From: Octopus sinensis
Taxonomy: Eukaryota
Direction of reading: 5' to 3'
Assembly (NCBI RefSeq): GCF_006345805.1
Contig: NC_043003.1
Coordinates: 58,156,001-58,220,000 of the forward strand
Length of the DNA stretch: 64,000 nt
The notes beneath the pieces were generated by a model. The model made no database searches and had not been told where the DNA came from. It worked only from the letters and a program-made list of their open reading frames with translations. The translations under genes were made by a program, and so were the position numbers. Below, piece after piece: positions 51,626 to 64,000 of this stretch (positions are counted from its first letter, which is position 1; the number at the start of each line of letters is the position of its first letter).

Positions 51626-52640
51626 CACCCATTTTCTATACTGGAAGGGGTCAGATGGCTTGATAGAAACTGGTGTGCCAGAGGACTGTGCTAAACTCCA
51701 GTGTCTGCTATGGCTGGATGCCCTTCCTGATGCCAACTTTACAGAGTGTACTGGGTGTTTTTTACATGGCACTGGTAATATTGAGGTCAGGCTAGTAACT
51801 CATGAAGCAAGACATCCCTCCTTCAATTGAGTTGCATGTAGAATTGGGGGGTGGGGGTCATTTTGTGCCGGGTGATGTCTGGTTACAGTATGACAGGGGT
51901 GGCAGGAGTAGGTGTGTCTTGCTATAGTGGAGATACATGGCTACCCCAGTTACAGTAAATAGATAGTCGGGTTGGTAGGTATCATCATTATTTAACAGCT
52001 ATTTTCCTTGCAAGCATCAGTTGGATGGCATTTGTCGGGATCCAGTGATCTGCAGGGTTGCATCAGGATCCATGTCAGTCTTGGTATGGTTTCTGTGGCT
52101 GTGATACCCTTCACCATTATCATCATCATCATCATCATCATCATCATTTAACGTCTGTTGTCCATGCTGGCGTAGATCAGGTGGTTTTACCAGGGCTGGC
52201 AAGCCGGAAGGTTGCACCAGAGTCTGGTCTGTTTTCACATGGTTTCTATTTCTATGGCTGGATTTCAACAACAATAATAATAATAATAAAATATTATCAT
52301 CCTCATCATTTTAATGTCTTTTCTCCATGCTGGCATAGATCAGATGGTTTGACCAGGGCTGGCAAGCTGGAAGGCTACACCAGACCCCGGTCTATTTTGG
52401 TATGGTTTCTATGGCTGGATGCCCTTCATCATCATCATCATCATCATCATCTCATGTCTGTTGTCCATGTTGGCATGGATTGGGTGGTTTGACCAGGGCT
52501 GGTACGTTGGGGAGCTACACCAGGCTCCAATTGTCTGTTCTGGCATGGTTTCTAAGGCTGGATGCCCTTCCTAACGCCAACCTCTTCCTTAATACCAATT
52601 ACTTTACTGCATGTACCGGATGCTTCTTTTATGCCACTGG
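51595..52640 (-). mobile_element. Cluster of RTE-like LINE 3' ends (51595-51830; tandem trio at 52125-52262, 52295-52427, 52428-52640)
   Basis: Each begins on the plus strand with (CAT)n; the trio continue TGTCT/CGTCT...CCATG(C/T)TGGC, and most copies reach GGCTGGAT. Confidence 0.8.
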
Positions 52641-53399
52641 CACTTGGGATATTGCCAAATAACTTGCTGGAGAGGACAGAACAAGAAAAGGGGGTAAAGA
52701 AAAGCCCCCTCAAGAACGAATGTGTGTATGTATGTATGTATGTCTGTATTAAAAGTTCAATCATAAACAGCTCTGATAATGTAAACATTATCAATCTCAC
52801 ATTTTGCAACCGAAAGGGTCCTCAGCCACAGAAAACCTGTTTCAATAAATTCTGTCTGAGCCATGCAAGCATGGAAAAGTGGATATTAAAATGGTGGTGG
52901 CAGCAGCGGTGGTGGTGGTGGTGGTGGTGGTGACAGTGGTGGTAAAGGCAATTGTGATGGTGGCAGTGGGAGTTGAAGCTAAAATAGGGAAAAAGGTTTA
53001 CAGAAAATTCCAGCTGATAACTTGATAGATAACTACAAGTGTATCTTGGAAATGGAACTCTGTTAAGTGGTATATGGGAATAATTGAGAATTTCAATAAC
53101 AATAATAATAGTAATAATAATAATAATAATAATAATATAATAATAAAACAAAAATGCCTGCATTATATGAATTGATATTTTGGTCTGTTTTATTGATCAA
53201 ATTATCAAAATCAAAACAAATTTGAAATGTCTGTAGAAACTTGATTTGGAAGCAAAATCAAATTTTACTGATATTTTCTTGAATTAAGCTGAAAAATTGA
53301 ATAAAAAATAATTTTACACAATGAAGAAATTGAAATAAAAAAATTCATAGACAATCTTTCATGATTTTTCTGTATTTTTCAAAAAAATATACTTACACA

Positions 53400-53484
53400 T
53401 ATGTTTGTATTTGTAGATAGAAACACACATTTACATACATACACACACATATATATATATACATACTTATATATATGTATAATA

Positions 53485-53529
<45 letters not shown>

Positions 53530-53530
53530 C

Positions 53531-53609
<79 letters not shown>

Positions 53610-53991
53610 TATATGTATATATATGTGTGTGTATTTATATTTATTATATATATATACATGTATATTTATATATATACATGTATATTTATTATATACATAT
53701 ATATATATATACATGCATACACATACATACATATATATATTATATATATATATATATATACATATATGTATATATATATATATATATAAAAAATATATAT
53801 GTGTATATCTATATATATATGTGTATATCTATATATATATATGTATATATACATATATATGGTGTGTGTATGTATATATATATGTATATATATATATATA
53901 TATACATACACTCACACCTATATACATATGCATATATTTACAAACATGCATACACATATACATGTACACATATACAAACATACATACATGC

Positions 53992-54062
<71 letters not shown>

Positions 54063-54178
54063 CACACACACACTTTAATGAAATATGTATGCACATACAC
54101 AAAGACGCACACTATCTTGTCATTTAGATTCCTGCAGAAATGTATGGATATAGATGTAATTAAATCTCTGTCTCCCCC

Positions 54179-54215
<37 letters not shown>

Positions 54216-54491
54216 ACGTCTTTCTGTGTATGTGTGTGTGTATATCAATATATATGATGAAATGCATACACAAACACTCGCTTATAATCAGATTATTTAC
54301 AGATACAGATTAGATGTACACATGCACGTAATCACACACTGACACACACACACACACACACGTTACTACATGTGTGTGTCAGTGTGTTTATATATACACT
54401 AACACACACTTATACACCTACTTTTCAAAAGTATTAAAACGTCTACCATGTGTGATTGATTAGATGACTTGAGAACCAAGTGACAAGATAT

Positions 54492-54567
<76 letters not shown>

Positions 54568-54681
54568 ATATATATATATGTATATGTGTATATATATATG
54601 TGTGTGTATATATATATATGTATATGTGTATATATATATGTGTGTGTGTATATATATATCTAGACATAACACATATACATA

Positions 54682-54720
<39 letters not shown>
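53400..54720. repeat. Very long (TA)n/(TG)n/(CA)n compound microsatellite field
   Basis: Direct reading; source of the longest spurious ORFs (225 and 213 aa). Confidence 0.95.
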
Positions 54721-54728
<8 letters not shown>

Positions 54729-54737
54729 TTATGATAA

Positions 54738-54998
54738 TATGTCACGTGATCAATTGATTAACCAGAGGCCGGTCACAATGCACTTCATCATTCGCATCAT
54801 TCTATCTTTTGAACGATGCCATCCCCCTGGCTAGGTGAGCAGGCCAACATTTTCTCTGATAGGAAGGCTGAGTGGAGTGGAGCAACGTGAAATGACGTGC
54901 TTTACTGAGGAACACAATACGCAATCAGTCTGGAAATTGAAACTGTGATCTTAAAATCATGAACGCCAAGCATCTAACCACTCAGCCATGCGCCTTCA
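54738..54998 (-). mobile_element. SINE family C variant
   Basis: Minus strand has TGGCTGAGTGGTTAG head, TTTCACGTTGCTCCACTCCACTCAGC body like 16361, and GTTGGCCTGCTCACCTAGCCAG...GTCACGTGA tail like 42681. Confidence 0.7.
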
Positions 54999-55377
54999 TG
55001 TGTGTGTGTGTGTGTGTGTGTTGCATCTTTTAACATCCTCTTCTCTGTGTTTTCATGGGTTGGGCTATTGAACAGGAACCAAGAGGCAGAGGGCTTATAC
55101 TCCATGCTCTGCTTCGGGAGACTCATTGGTTCCTACTGCAGGATGCCCTTCCTATTAATACTAACCACTTCACAGAGTATATTGGGTGCTTTTTATCATG
55201 GGACCAGCACCAATGAGGTTACCAAATAACTCCCAAAATGAGGCCCCTTCACTGAGTGAGGTGCAGTTTGAAGAATGTGGAAGTAGGACAGAGAAAGAGG
55301 AACAGGTGTCTTGCTGAAGAGATGAATGCATAGCTTCCCCAATTGTGACAGATGTTCATATAGTATATTTATATAGG

Positions 55378-55820
55378 AAGGTGGCGAGCTGACAGAAATG
55401 TTAACATGCCAGGCGAAATGATTGGCAGCATTTCATCTGTCTTTATGTTCTGAGTTCAAATTCCGCCGGGATCGACTTTGCCTTTCATCCTTTCGGGGGT
55501 CAATAAATTAAGTACCAGTTCTATACTGGGGTCAATCTAATCAACTGGCCTCATCCCCAAAAGTTTTGGGCCTTGTGACTTGAGTAGAAAAGAATATATA
55601 TATATATATATATATATAGGTGCAAGCATAGCTGTGTGGTAAGACAGATGAAGTACTGCTAAGCATTTTGCCTGGCATCCTAATGTTTCCTTAAATGGTG
55701 AAAATATTCTTTTGTACTGTAGGCACATGCCTAAAATTTTGGGGGAGGGGGCCAGTCGATTAAATCGACCCCAGTATGCAACTGGTACTTAATTTATCAA
55801 TACCGAAAAGATGAAAGACA
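55378..55820. mobile_element. Inverted SINE B pair: 55378-55596 (+) and 55703-55820 (-)
   Basis: Tail-to-tail; AATTAAGTACCAGTT versus AACTGGTACTTAATT. Confidence 0.85.
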
Positions 55821-56243
55821 TATATGTTTATAGTGTAAATAGAACTGTACTCTCAAAAAAATATGTATAAAAAAAGATCAAAACATTGATACAAATATTC
55901 AAAGACTTGAACCATTCCAGTTTATTTCTAAATGGACAAGATTGGCACCATTAACCATTGCACTACCAAAAACATCTCAATTCTTACAATTAAGATGAGT
56001 ATACAATAAAAAGATGGCTGCCACAATATCTGCCTACTAAATTTATACATAGTATTTTTAAAAGAAAAATATCTTGTTCAATATTAGCTGTAGTATGTGC
56101 ATGTATATATATATATATTTGTGTGTGTGTATGTATATGTACATACACATACATGCACACAGACTACAGTTTACTCTCTAGTATTACTACAAATAACTGC
56201 AGGTTGTGTACAGTATATATATGTGCATGTATATATATATATA

Positions 56244-56432
56244 TCATCATCATCATCATCATCATCATTTAGCGTCCGTTTTCCATGCTAGCATGGGTTG
56301 GACGGTTCTACTGGGGTCTGTGAAGCCAGAATGCTTCATCAGGCCCAGTCAAATCTGGCAGTGTTTCTACGGCTGGATGCCCTTCCTAACGCCAACCACT
56401 CCGTGAGTGTAGTGGGTGCTTTTTACGTGCCA
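56244..56432 (-). mobile_element. Young RTE-like LINE 3' end in (TA)n
   Basis: (CAT)n TTAGCGTCCGTTTTCCATGCTAGCATGGGTTGGACGG...CTAACGCCAACCACTCCGTGAGTGTAGTGGGTGC. Confidence 0.85.
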
Positions 56433-56527
56433 TATATATATACACACACACACACAGATATTCATACAATGCTTTATGTCAGTGTATCAAAATATGCAAA
56501 GAAAAAAACAATGTGTGTGTGTGTATG

Positions 56528-56562
<35 letters not shown>

Positions 56563-56565
<3 letters not shown>

Positions 56566-57010
56566 GAAGGGAAATTAATTAATTTGGAAAATTATCAATT
56601 ACACCAAGTAGTCTTCGGCATGTAAAAGCCTCATTCGAGGAAAATTTAAGTAATACTAAGCAATAAGGGTTTCCAACGAGTTGCCTTACCACATACCGAA
56701 TTTAGAAATAGCAGTCAAGGTTATAGCTATTTCTTCTACTAAAAAGGGAGATCTCAGTAAAAACAGCATTTGGAAGGCACAAACAGGTAAGAGAGAATGA
56801 ATTGACTGCAATCCACGTACGTCCGTGGATAACTAAAAATGTATGATAGATTGCAGTCATTCATTCTCTCTTACCTGTTTGTGCCTTCCAAATGCTGTTT
56901 TTACTGAGATCTCCCTTTTTAGTAGAAGAAATAGCTATAACCCTTTGACTGCTATTTCTAAATTCGGTATGTGGTAAGGCAACTCGTTGCTAAACCCTTA
57001 TTGCTTAGTA
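56563..57010 (+). mobile_element. Asymmetric fold-back element with 160-bp near-perfect inverted arms
   Basis: Arms at 56654-56813 and 56849-57010 (3 small indels, 1 mismatch), 35-nt loop, 91-bp unpaired leader, flanked by (TA)n. Confidence 0.9.
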
Positions 57011-57225
57011 TATATATATATATGTATAGATATATATGTATGTATATATATGTATATATATATATATATGTATGTATTTATATATATATGTATGTATATA
57101 TGTATTTATATATGTATGTACGTATTCATATTCATGTACATATGTCCATTTATGCATATATGCACATATATATATATATATATATATATGTACTTGTCTA
57201 TGTATATATATACATAGATATATAT

Positions 57226-57260
<35 letters not shown>

Positions 57261-57832
57261 TTTATGCACATATATATCTCTGAATGTATAAATATTTGTG
57301 TTTTCTTATGTCACTACATATATATATATATATATATATGCATACAGATATGTAAACATGCATGTACATACATCTGCCAATATGTCAAAACCAAACATTC
57401 ATATCTCTCTCTCTGTAAATATACACGCACATATACACTTATGCCTGAACATACCTGACTACCTTAAATAAATGCATGTGTACATCCACCATATATAGTC
57501 GTGTGTATACACTATGCATTTGCGAATGCGTACGCGGTTACATACACATATATGTATTTGTAAATGTACGTGTGAGCAAACGCATAGATCGGTTTCTGAG
57601 GAGGTAAATATTTTGTTTGACAGAAAAATTTCCAATAAGTATTTCGTCTGTTCATGAGAGAACTATCCCAATTAATACCGGGTTCAATCTCATTAAGGAC
57701 ACTTTCTAAGGGCGTTATACTTTTTATTTTCATTTTTGTTTTTATTATTGTATCTTTATCGGTTGATTTATTTTTATGTTTCTCTGGGTGTGTTGCAAGA
57801 TGGAAAGAGACAAAATGGCGAAATCACTCCAA

Positions 57833-57867
<35 letters not shown>

Positions 57868-57965
57868 TTGTATGAACATGTATTCATATGCATGTGTGTG
57901 TGTGTGTAAAAGCATGTGATGTATTTAATGTTTGTTCAGGTATATGTAAATGTGTATGAATGTGA

Positions 57966-58025
<60 letters not shown>

Positions 58026-58076
58026 TACATACATATATATATATATATTTTCTGTGTATGTATATATGTTTGTATG

Positions 58077-58111
<35 letters not shown>

Positions 58112-58152
58112 ATGTGTGTGTGTGTGTGTGTATATTTGTATATAAGTGTGTG

Positions 58153-58196
<44 letters not shown>

Positions 58197-58459
58197 TTTT
58201 TTTCTGTCTTTCTATATTAGTTGGTTTGTTTTATCTGGTTGTTGGTGTTAAAAACAACAACAGTAACACTGTAACAACAACAAGTGGTGTAAAATAACAC
58301 AAGAGTTCAATATGTGAATACTGATATTGTGTATGATATAATGCTATCACATAGAAAATAGCAGCGACTGGCTCTGGGACTGATATCTTGTCTTACATAT
58401 GTTATACCTTGGAAATTAGCAATAATTTGTGTTCAAACATATATATGTGCGTGTATGTC

Positions 58460-58506
<47 letters not shown>

Positions 58507-58544
58507 TAAATATCTTACATATTTAATATATATACATATTAAAT

Positions 58545-58768
58545 CATCACCATCGTTTAACATCCACTTTCCATGCTGGCATGGGTTGGATGGTTTGACT
58601 GAGGACTGGCAAGCTAGGAGGTTGCACCAGGCTCCAATCTGATCTGGTAAGGTTTCTGCAGCTTGATACCCTTCCAAGAGTGGAATGGGTGGTTTTTATG
58701 TGTCACCAGCATGGGGGCCGGTCAAGTGACACTGGCATCGACCACGCTCGAATGGTGCTTTTACGTGG
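58545..58768 (-). mobile_element. RTE-like LINE 3' end
   Basis: CATCGTTTAACATCCACTTTCCATGCTGGCATGGGTTGG...CACCAGGCTCCAATCTGATCTGG. Confidence 0.8.
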
Positions 58769-59794
58769 CGTGTGTTCTAAGATATAGGTCATAGTTTACA
58801 CTTAGATAGCTGAAATTTTACCTCAATGCATATTTTTTTTAAGGAGAAGTTATGCATCATTCCTTAAAAAATAGTTATTAATGAATTTTAATTTTTCTTG
58901 AGTTATCAAACATACCTTATTCTGTTTTGAAGTGATTGTCAATTTGTGTGTGTGTGTGTGTGCAGGTGCACATTTTGCTGAGGGTACTATCTAAATATAA
59001 TGAGCCTTTATTTTTATTTTTTTCTCTCTGACTGCCTTCTCTTTCTTTTCTGTCATTTTTCCTGATGAAAGGTTAGCGTCCAAAACATCAAGACACTTTT
59101 TTTTTCCTTTTTAAATGTTTAACTAATACATTTGTTAAAACTTGTCCTTCCTATGTTGTCTTCATTTGCTCATTGCTTTTAAAAAAAACCAAAAAAACAG
59201 ACATGCACACACACACACACACACACAGATAATGGTAATAAGGTGCTGCGGTGGTCTCAGAAAGCACAATGTGATAATCGCCACCACAACTTATTTAATA
59301 TCTGCTTACTTTATTCAATGCATGAAACACTTGTTATAAAGACTTTATATTTTGAATTTCACTTTGTATGTTAAATATGATTTTACAATTTTCTCATTGC
59401 ACCTTACTACATTTCCACTATATTTTAGCACAAAACAGTAATCTTTTTATTGTGTGTTGGTATCTTATAACATATAAAAACTTTTCAATTGTAATGTAGA
59501 GATAACCATGTAGATACTGTATTGAACCAGGCGTGAACAGAATTCTTTATTTTGCATTGCATAAGCAAGCAACAGTGCTTAAAAGCACAACCTTACCATC
59601 ATAGTTTAGGATGGTTGTGGGCAAACTGCAGCGTGTGAGACTTTTTGAACAGCACATCAATGAACATTTACCTTTGAATTTTTAGTAATGTGGCCCACCT
59701 GATAATGAGTCCTGTCTTGTGAAGCTTGCTTCCCAAATAATATTGTCCCTGTCCAGTTTAGGTGTAATTGTTGTTACTGCCCTTTATGGTCATA

Positions 59795-60130
59795 TTGGTT
59801 TCACATTTTGGTACAAGGTGAGTAATTTGGGATGAGGGCATAAGTCGATTACATCAACCCCCAAAAGATAAACTGGTGTTTATTTTATCAACCCCCAAAA
59901 GATGAAAGGCAAAATGGACCTCAGCAGAATTTGAACTTTGAACATAATGACACAAAATGCTGCACAGCATTCCGGCCAGTGTACTAATGATTCTGTCAGC
60001 TCACCACTCTATCCCTTAATTAGTTATATTATTCAAATCTTGACAAGACCAACTTTACCTTCCATCCCATCCATCCATTCATCCATCTATAATTGATAAA
60101 ATGAAGTACCACTTAAATGTTAAGCTGATT
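59795..60130. mobile_element. SINE B (59795-60008, minus) plus a partial plus-strand copy (60035-60130)
   Basis: GATGAAAGGCAAAATGGACCTCAGCAGAATTTGAAC; then ACTTTACCTTCCATCC...GATAAAATGAAGTACC. Confidence 0.65.
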
Positions 60131-61044
60131 TAATTGATTAAAACTGGTGTCTTTTAAGTAAGAGAGATCGGCTAAGAATCCCTAACAAATCTTCTTAGGG
60201 ATAGCACTACTTGTGCATAAATGCAAACGTGGGTGCAAAATCTTAACAGCCCTTCTGTGAGGAACAGCAATCGACCTCCTCCACCACAGGTATCATTAGC
60301 TTTGAAAGTCATTGTGTCCAATACACATTGACAGAAGGAGATTGTATTGAAATATTATGTCAGCTGATATTTTATGGCATGTTACAGAGTAAATAGAGAT
60401 CACTGTAGTTGATATATAGATATTGTATAGAAATAGCCGCAGTTGCTGCCAGTTGATGTATTCATCATTGAAGTGGCTATTATAATGTAATATACGGTAT
60501 CAGAGATGTTATATTACTACAAGTACTAGTTAAGAGAATTATGGTTAATGCCATACATCAAATGAATTGCTAAATTACTGTTATGAAAGCATAATTAGTC
60601 TAGCTGTAAAGTGACTCTTTTGTAAAGTGTAAATGGCAGTAGTAAGAGAGCAAAGGCAGAAGTATGTGTGAGACAGTCAGATAATTGTGGTTTCCCTGAT
60701 CTGCTCTAATGGTCAGCAGTTTTCATCATTGGTCAACAACGTTGCAGAAACAGTAAGATAACTGCTCTGTCTGGCTTGTTTCCAAAAGCAAGCATCAAGC
60801 TCCAAGTACAGTAAACATCTCTCCATGCATGGATATTCAACAAAGAAAAGACAAGTCAATATGTTCACAAGAGCTGCCCTAGGTGGCACACACTCTAGCT
60901 GTGCCACTGTGTAACCTTACATTAGATTGGTCTTCGATATCCCTCAAGAGATTGGATGGCAGTGGCATAGCAAGGGCTCTCAGTGCGCAGGGGTAAACAC
61001 AGTTTTGTTGCTGCCCTAATTAGCAGATTAAAGAAAGTTGTTTA

Positions 61045-61410
61045 CTCCTTTACACATGCACCTGGAGACACCACAGCTTCCAGTCCTTGTTTCCATATGG
61101 TGACTTATGTACTTCAGTGACTCTGAGAGCTGAGCCAGTGGAGTACAAGCTCTTGGTGGGACCTTCCATGCTGGACAGATCAAAGCACAGAGACAAGACT
61201 AATGTGAACCACTTTTCTTCACAGAGGTAAAAAAACAGGTTTGTGTAGGGTCAATACTCTCACCCACCTAGGAAAGTGCAGAGTTACAGAAACATTGATG
61301 ACAATTCAGAACCAACAAGACATGGGAGAGGAAGACAGCCCAGAGTTAAGTGGAGATAAGTCATCGATGGATGACCTGTGCTCTGTAAGGAGCAAAAGGC
61401 TTCAGTAAGT
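61045..61410 (+). mobile_element. Possible decayed bipartite RTE-derived element
   Basis: CCTTCCATGCTGGACAGATCAAAG resembles RTE 5' regions and GGATGACCTGTGCTC...AAGT resembles RTE 3' ends; recall only, highly diverged. Confidence 0.3.
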
Positions 61411-62070
61411 AGATCGCAGGATGCTAGGTCCCTAACAGATGATATGCCAAAAGGCCGAAGCCAATCTTGGCATGCTGCTTAGAGGGTCTTGTCCAGCTAA
61501 GGCCAGCTTGGTTGGGGTTGCAAGTGGGGTTGGATGTGGCGGTGTTTCAAATACACAGTTGTAGATGTGGTTGAAGTAGGAGAAAATCAAAAGTGTTGAA
61601 TCACAAGATGGATTAACTGAAGCAGATTAGTGGTGTGAGGTAGGGGTAGAGAAAGGGAGAGAGAAGCACGCAACATGTGAAAGAATACAAGATTAAAAAG
61701 GAATTGAGAGAAAGTGTGTGTGTGAGGTGGAGTAAGAAAGATTGCATTCAGTGCTTGGTTCCTCTTACCATTCTCTTTTACTTAAACTGAGAAGGATTAC
61801 TGGTGGTGAGAGAGAGAGAGAAACATGCAACATGTGAAGAAGAGGTAAAATAAAGAAACAAAGAAAGAGAGAGAGAGAGAGAGAGAGGCCTCCACCCTCC
61901 AACTTCTAATGTTTTCCTTCACAGTTGTCTTCTCTTATTTTCACTCTTTGCAATACACTTCCATCGAACTAATTCTACAGTTGTGTGTCTTGATTTGATC
62001 TCTGGATAATCCACAGAACAGGAAGGATGAAAGATAGTGGGGAGTAATCTACTAACATAGATTGCATGCA

Positions 62071-62115
<45 letters not shown>

Positions 62116-62958
62116 TAAGTAATCCATGTGAAAGTGTACATACACACAAACACATACCTGTACATACATTTTCATTTTTTTTTTATATATATGTATTTAT
62201 TAGTATATTAATCTACTTATATGCACATTTGTTTCTGTGTACGCATACTTACAGGTACTCGAACACATACATGCACATATATATATATCCCTCATGTATG
62301 TATAATTCAAGTAAAATAATCTACACTCTCACACAATCAGTTATGTATATATGTGTGTGTGTGTATACATATATATTTCTAGATATCTGTGAGGATGTGT
62401 GTTGAAATGTTGTATGTGTGTATTTATGTGTATATATGTGTGCGTGTGTATGTGTGCTCACTGGGTGTATATATATATTTATTGGATGTGTGTTGTCTCT
62501 AGATGTATATATAAATATATGTTGTATGTATATTTTGTGTTAATACACAAATGTTATTACAAAACGTAAATACCTAATCCTTCAACATGCACACATAATT
62601 ATGCATGGATAAAACAACAATATATATACACACACAATGTGCATATATATAGGTATTGTATTAAACTAAGCTGTATACATACTGTGCTTGTGTATACATA
62701 CTGTGCTTGTAAAATTATTCATGCACACTTGGGTTGGTATAAACGCTTGAAAGGATGTAAACATACTTTCGACTAGGAAGGGATTTTGTATAAAATAATA
62801 TACATACACTCATGCACATACACACACACACACATATGTATACACAGATTAGATATGTATACATATGCTATAATATTCGTATTAGTATAGGAATTGGATT
62901 AATTTGATCATAAAAGAATTTTATTGGATTTTTAAAAACTTCCTTCCTCATATCTCTC

Positions 62959-62992
<34 letters not shown>

Positions 62993-63079
62993 CGTGTGTG
63001 TGTGTGTGTGTGCGTGTGTGTGTGTGAGGATCAGTATGTTTACCTGTGTAGTAGAGAGATAGGAATGTAAGTAGGTAGA

Positions 63080-63152
63080 AAGATAGCTAGATAGAAAGAT
63101 AGATAGACAGACAGACAGACAGATAGATAAACAGATAGATAGATAGATAAAC

Positions 63153-63183
<31 letters not shown>

Positions 63184-63410
63184 TAGACAGACAGACAAAC
63201 AGATAGATAAACAGACAGACAGATAGACAGATAAACAGATAGATAGACAGATGTATAGATTGATAGATAGATATAGATAAATAGATAGGCAGGTAGATAA
63301 ATAGGTAGGTAGATAGGTAGGTAAGTAGGTAGGTAGATAGATAGATAGCTAGCTAGGTGGGTAGATGGATGGATGGATCGATAGATCGATCAATCGATTG
63401 ATAGACAGAC
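63080..63410. repeat. (GATA)n/(GACA)n/(GGTA)n/(GGAT)n compound tetranucleotide repeat
   Basis: Direct reading. Confidence 0.95.
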
Positions 63411-64000
63411 AAGCACAGTATTTCCTGGTGTTGAGCAAAAATTTTTCGTTTTTTTCCTAAGATAAGTCTTAAAAATCTCTCGTGTGTTCTGGCAGAGGAA
63501 TGTTAGTTTTTGTAAGCAAATTTAAACCTCGGAGGAAGATGGACAAGAATTATCCGTTTTATATATTGCATCTCCCTTACATAGCAGCAAAAGAAACATT
63601 TCCAACAGGATTTACCTGGTAAAGGTATGCAAAGACACCAAGACTGTTTTTGTATCCATTCCAGTTTTCAAAATTTTCAAGTCTAAATTTGGGTACACCT
63701 TTTGCTCTGGGAAAATGGTAGGTAGATTGATTGATAGATAGATAGATAGATGGAAGGATGGACAGACGGACAGATAAAGACAGAGATCTGTGCAGTAAAT
63801 TATAAGTTTATGAATCTAGTTATTAACTATTGTATTTTTCTACTTCTAATCATTTTTCTTGCATCTATCGATCATCTACATTTGATACTTGACATCAAAC
63901 AGCTCTGTCAGATCCTCAAGCTGTCCATTACTTTTGAACATCAGGGCAGACCCTCAAATGGAACAAAACATAAATTATCTACTAATTAGGGCTTTTTGAC

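Noticed and set aside
62672-62709. 19-bp perfect tandem duplication TGTATACATACTGTGCTTG
   Set aside because: An ordinary slippage duplication with no further structure.

Overview
AT-rich eukaryotic non-coding DNA with no recognisable host protein-coding exon, rRNA, tRNA gene, CRISPR array or operon. The window is a mosaic of microsatellites ((TA)n, (CA)n, (CT)n, (CAT)n, (GTG)n, (TAA)n, (GATA)n), many tRNA-derived SINEs of about four families (labelled A-D by me), 5'-truncated LINE ends (RTE-like and R4/Dong-like), MITEs (piggyBac-like TTAA, hAT-like, mariner-like) and one decayed DD37D (maT) Tc1/mariner transposase. The repeat families and microsatellite density look like an octopus (coleoid cephalopod) genome; this is from recall, not a search. 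Nearly all ORFs in the supplied track are microsatellite artefacts. The only real protein remnants are transposon-derived: 14052-14476, 35950-36982 and 39006-39092. I found no new gene system. The most interesting signals are structural: (1) asymmetric fold-back elements in (TA)n, including a near-perfect 160-bp-arm hairpin; (2) a piggyBac-like MITE dimer with a shared spacer at two loci; (3) a textbook zero-length-exon (recursive splice) motif at 15552/15553; (4) closely spaced inverted SINE pairs that could form ADAR substrates. Coordinates of degenerate repeats are approximate (about +/-10 bp).
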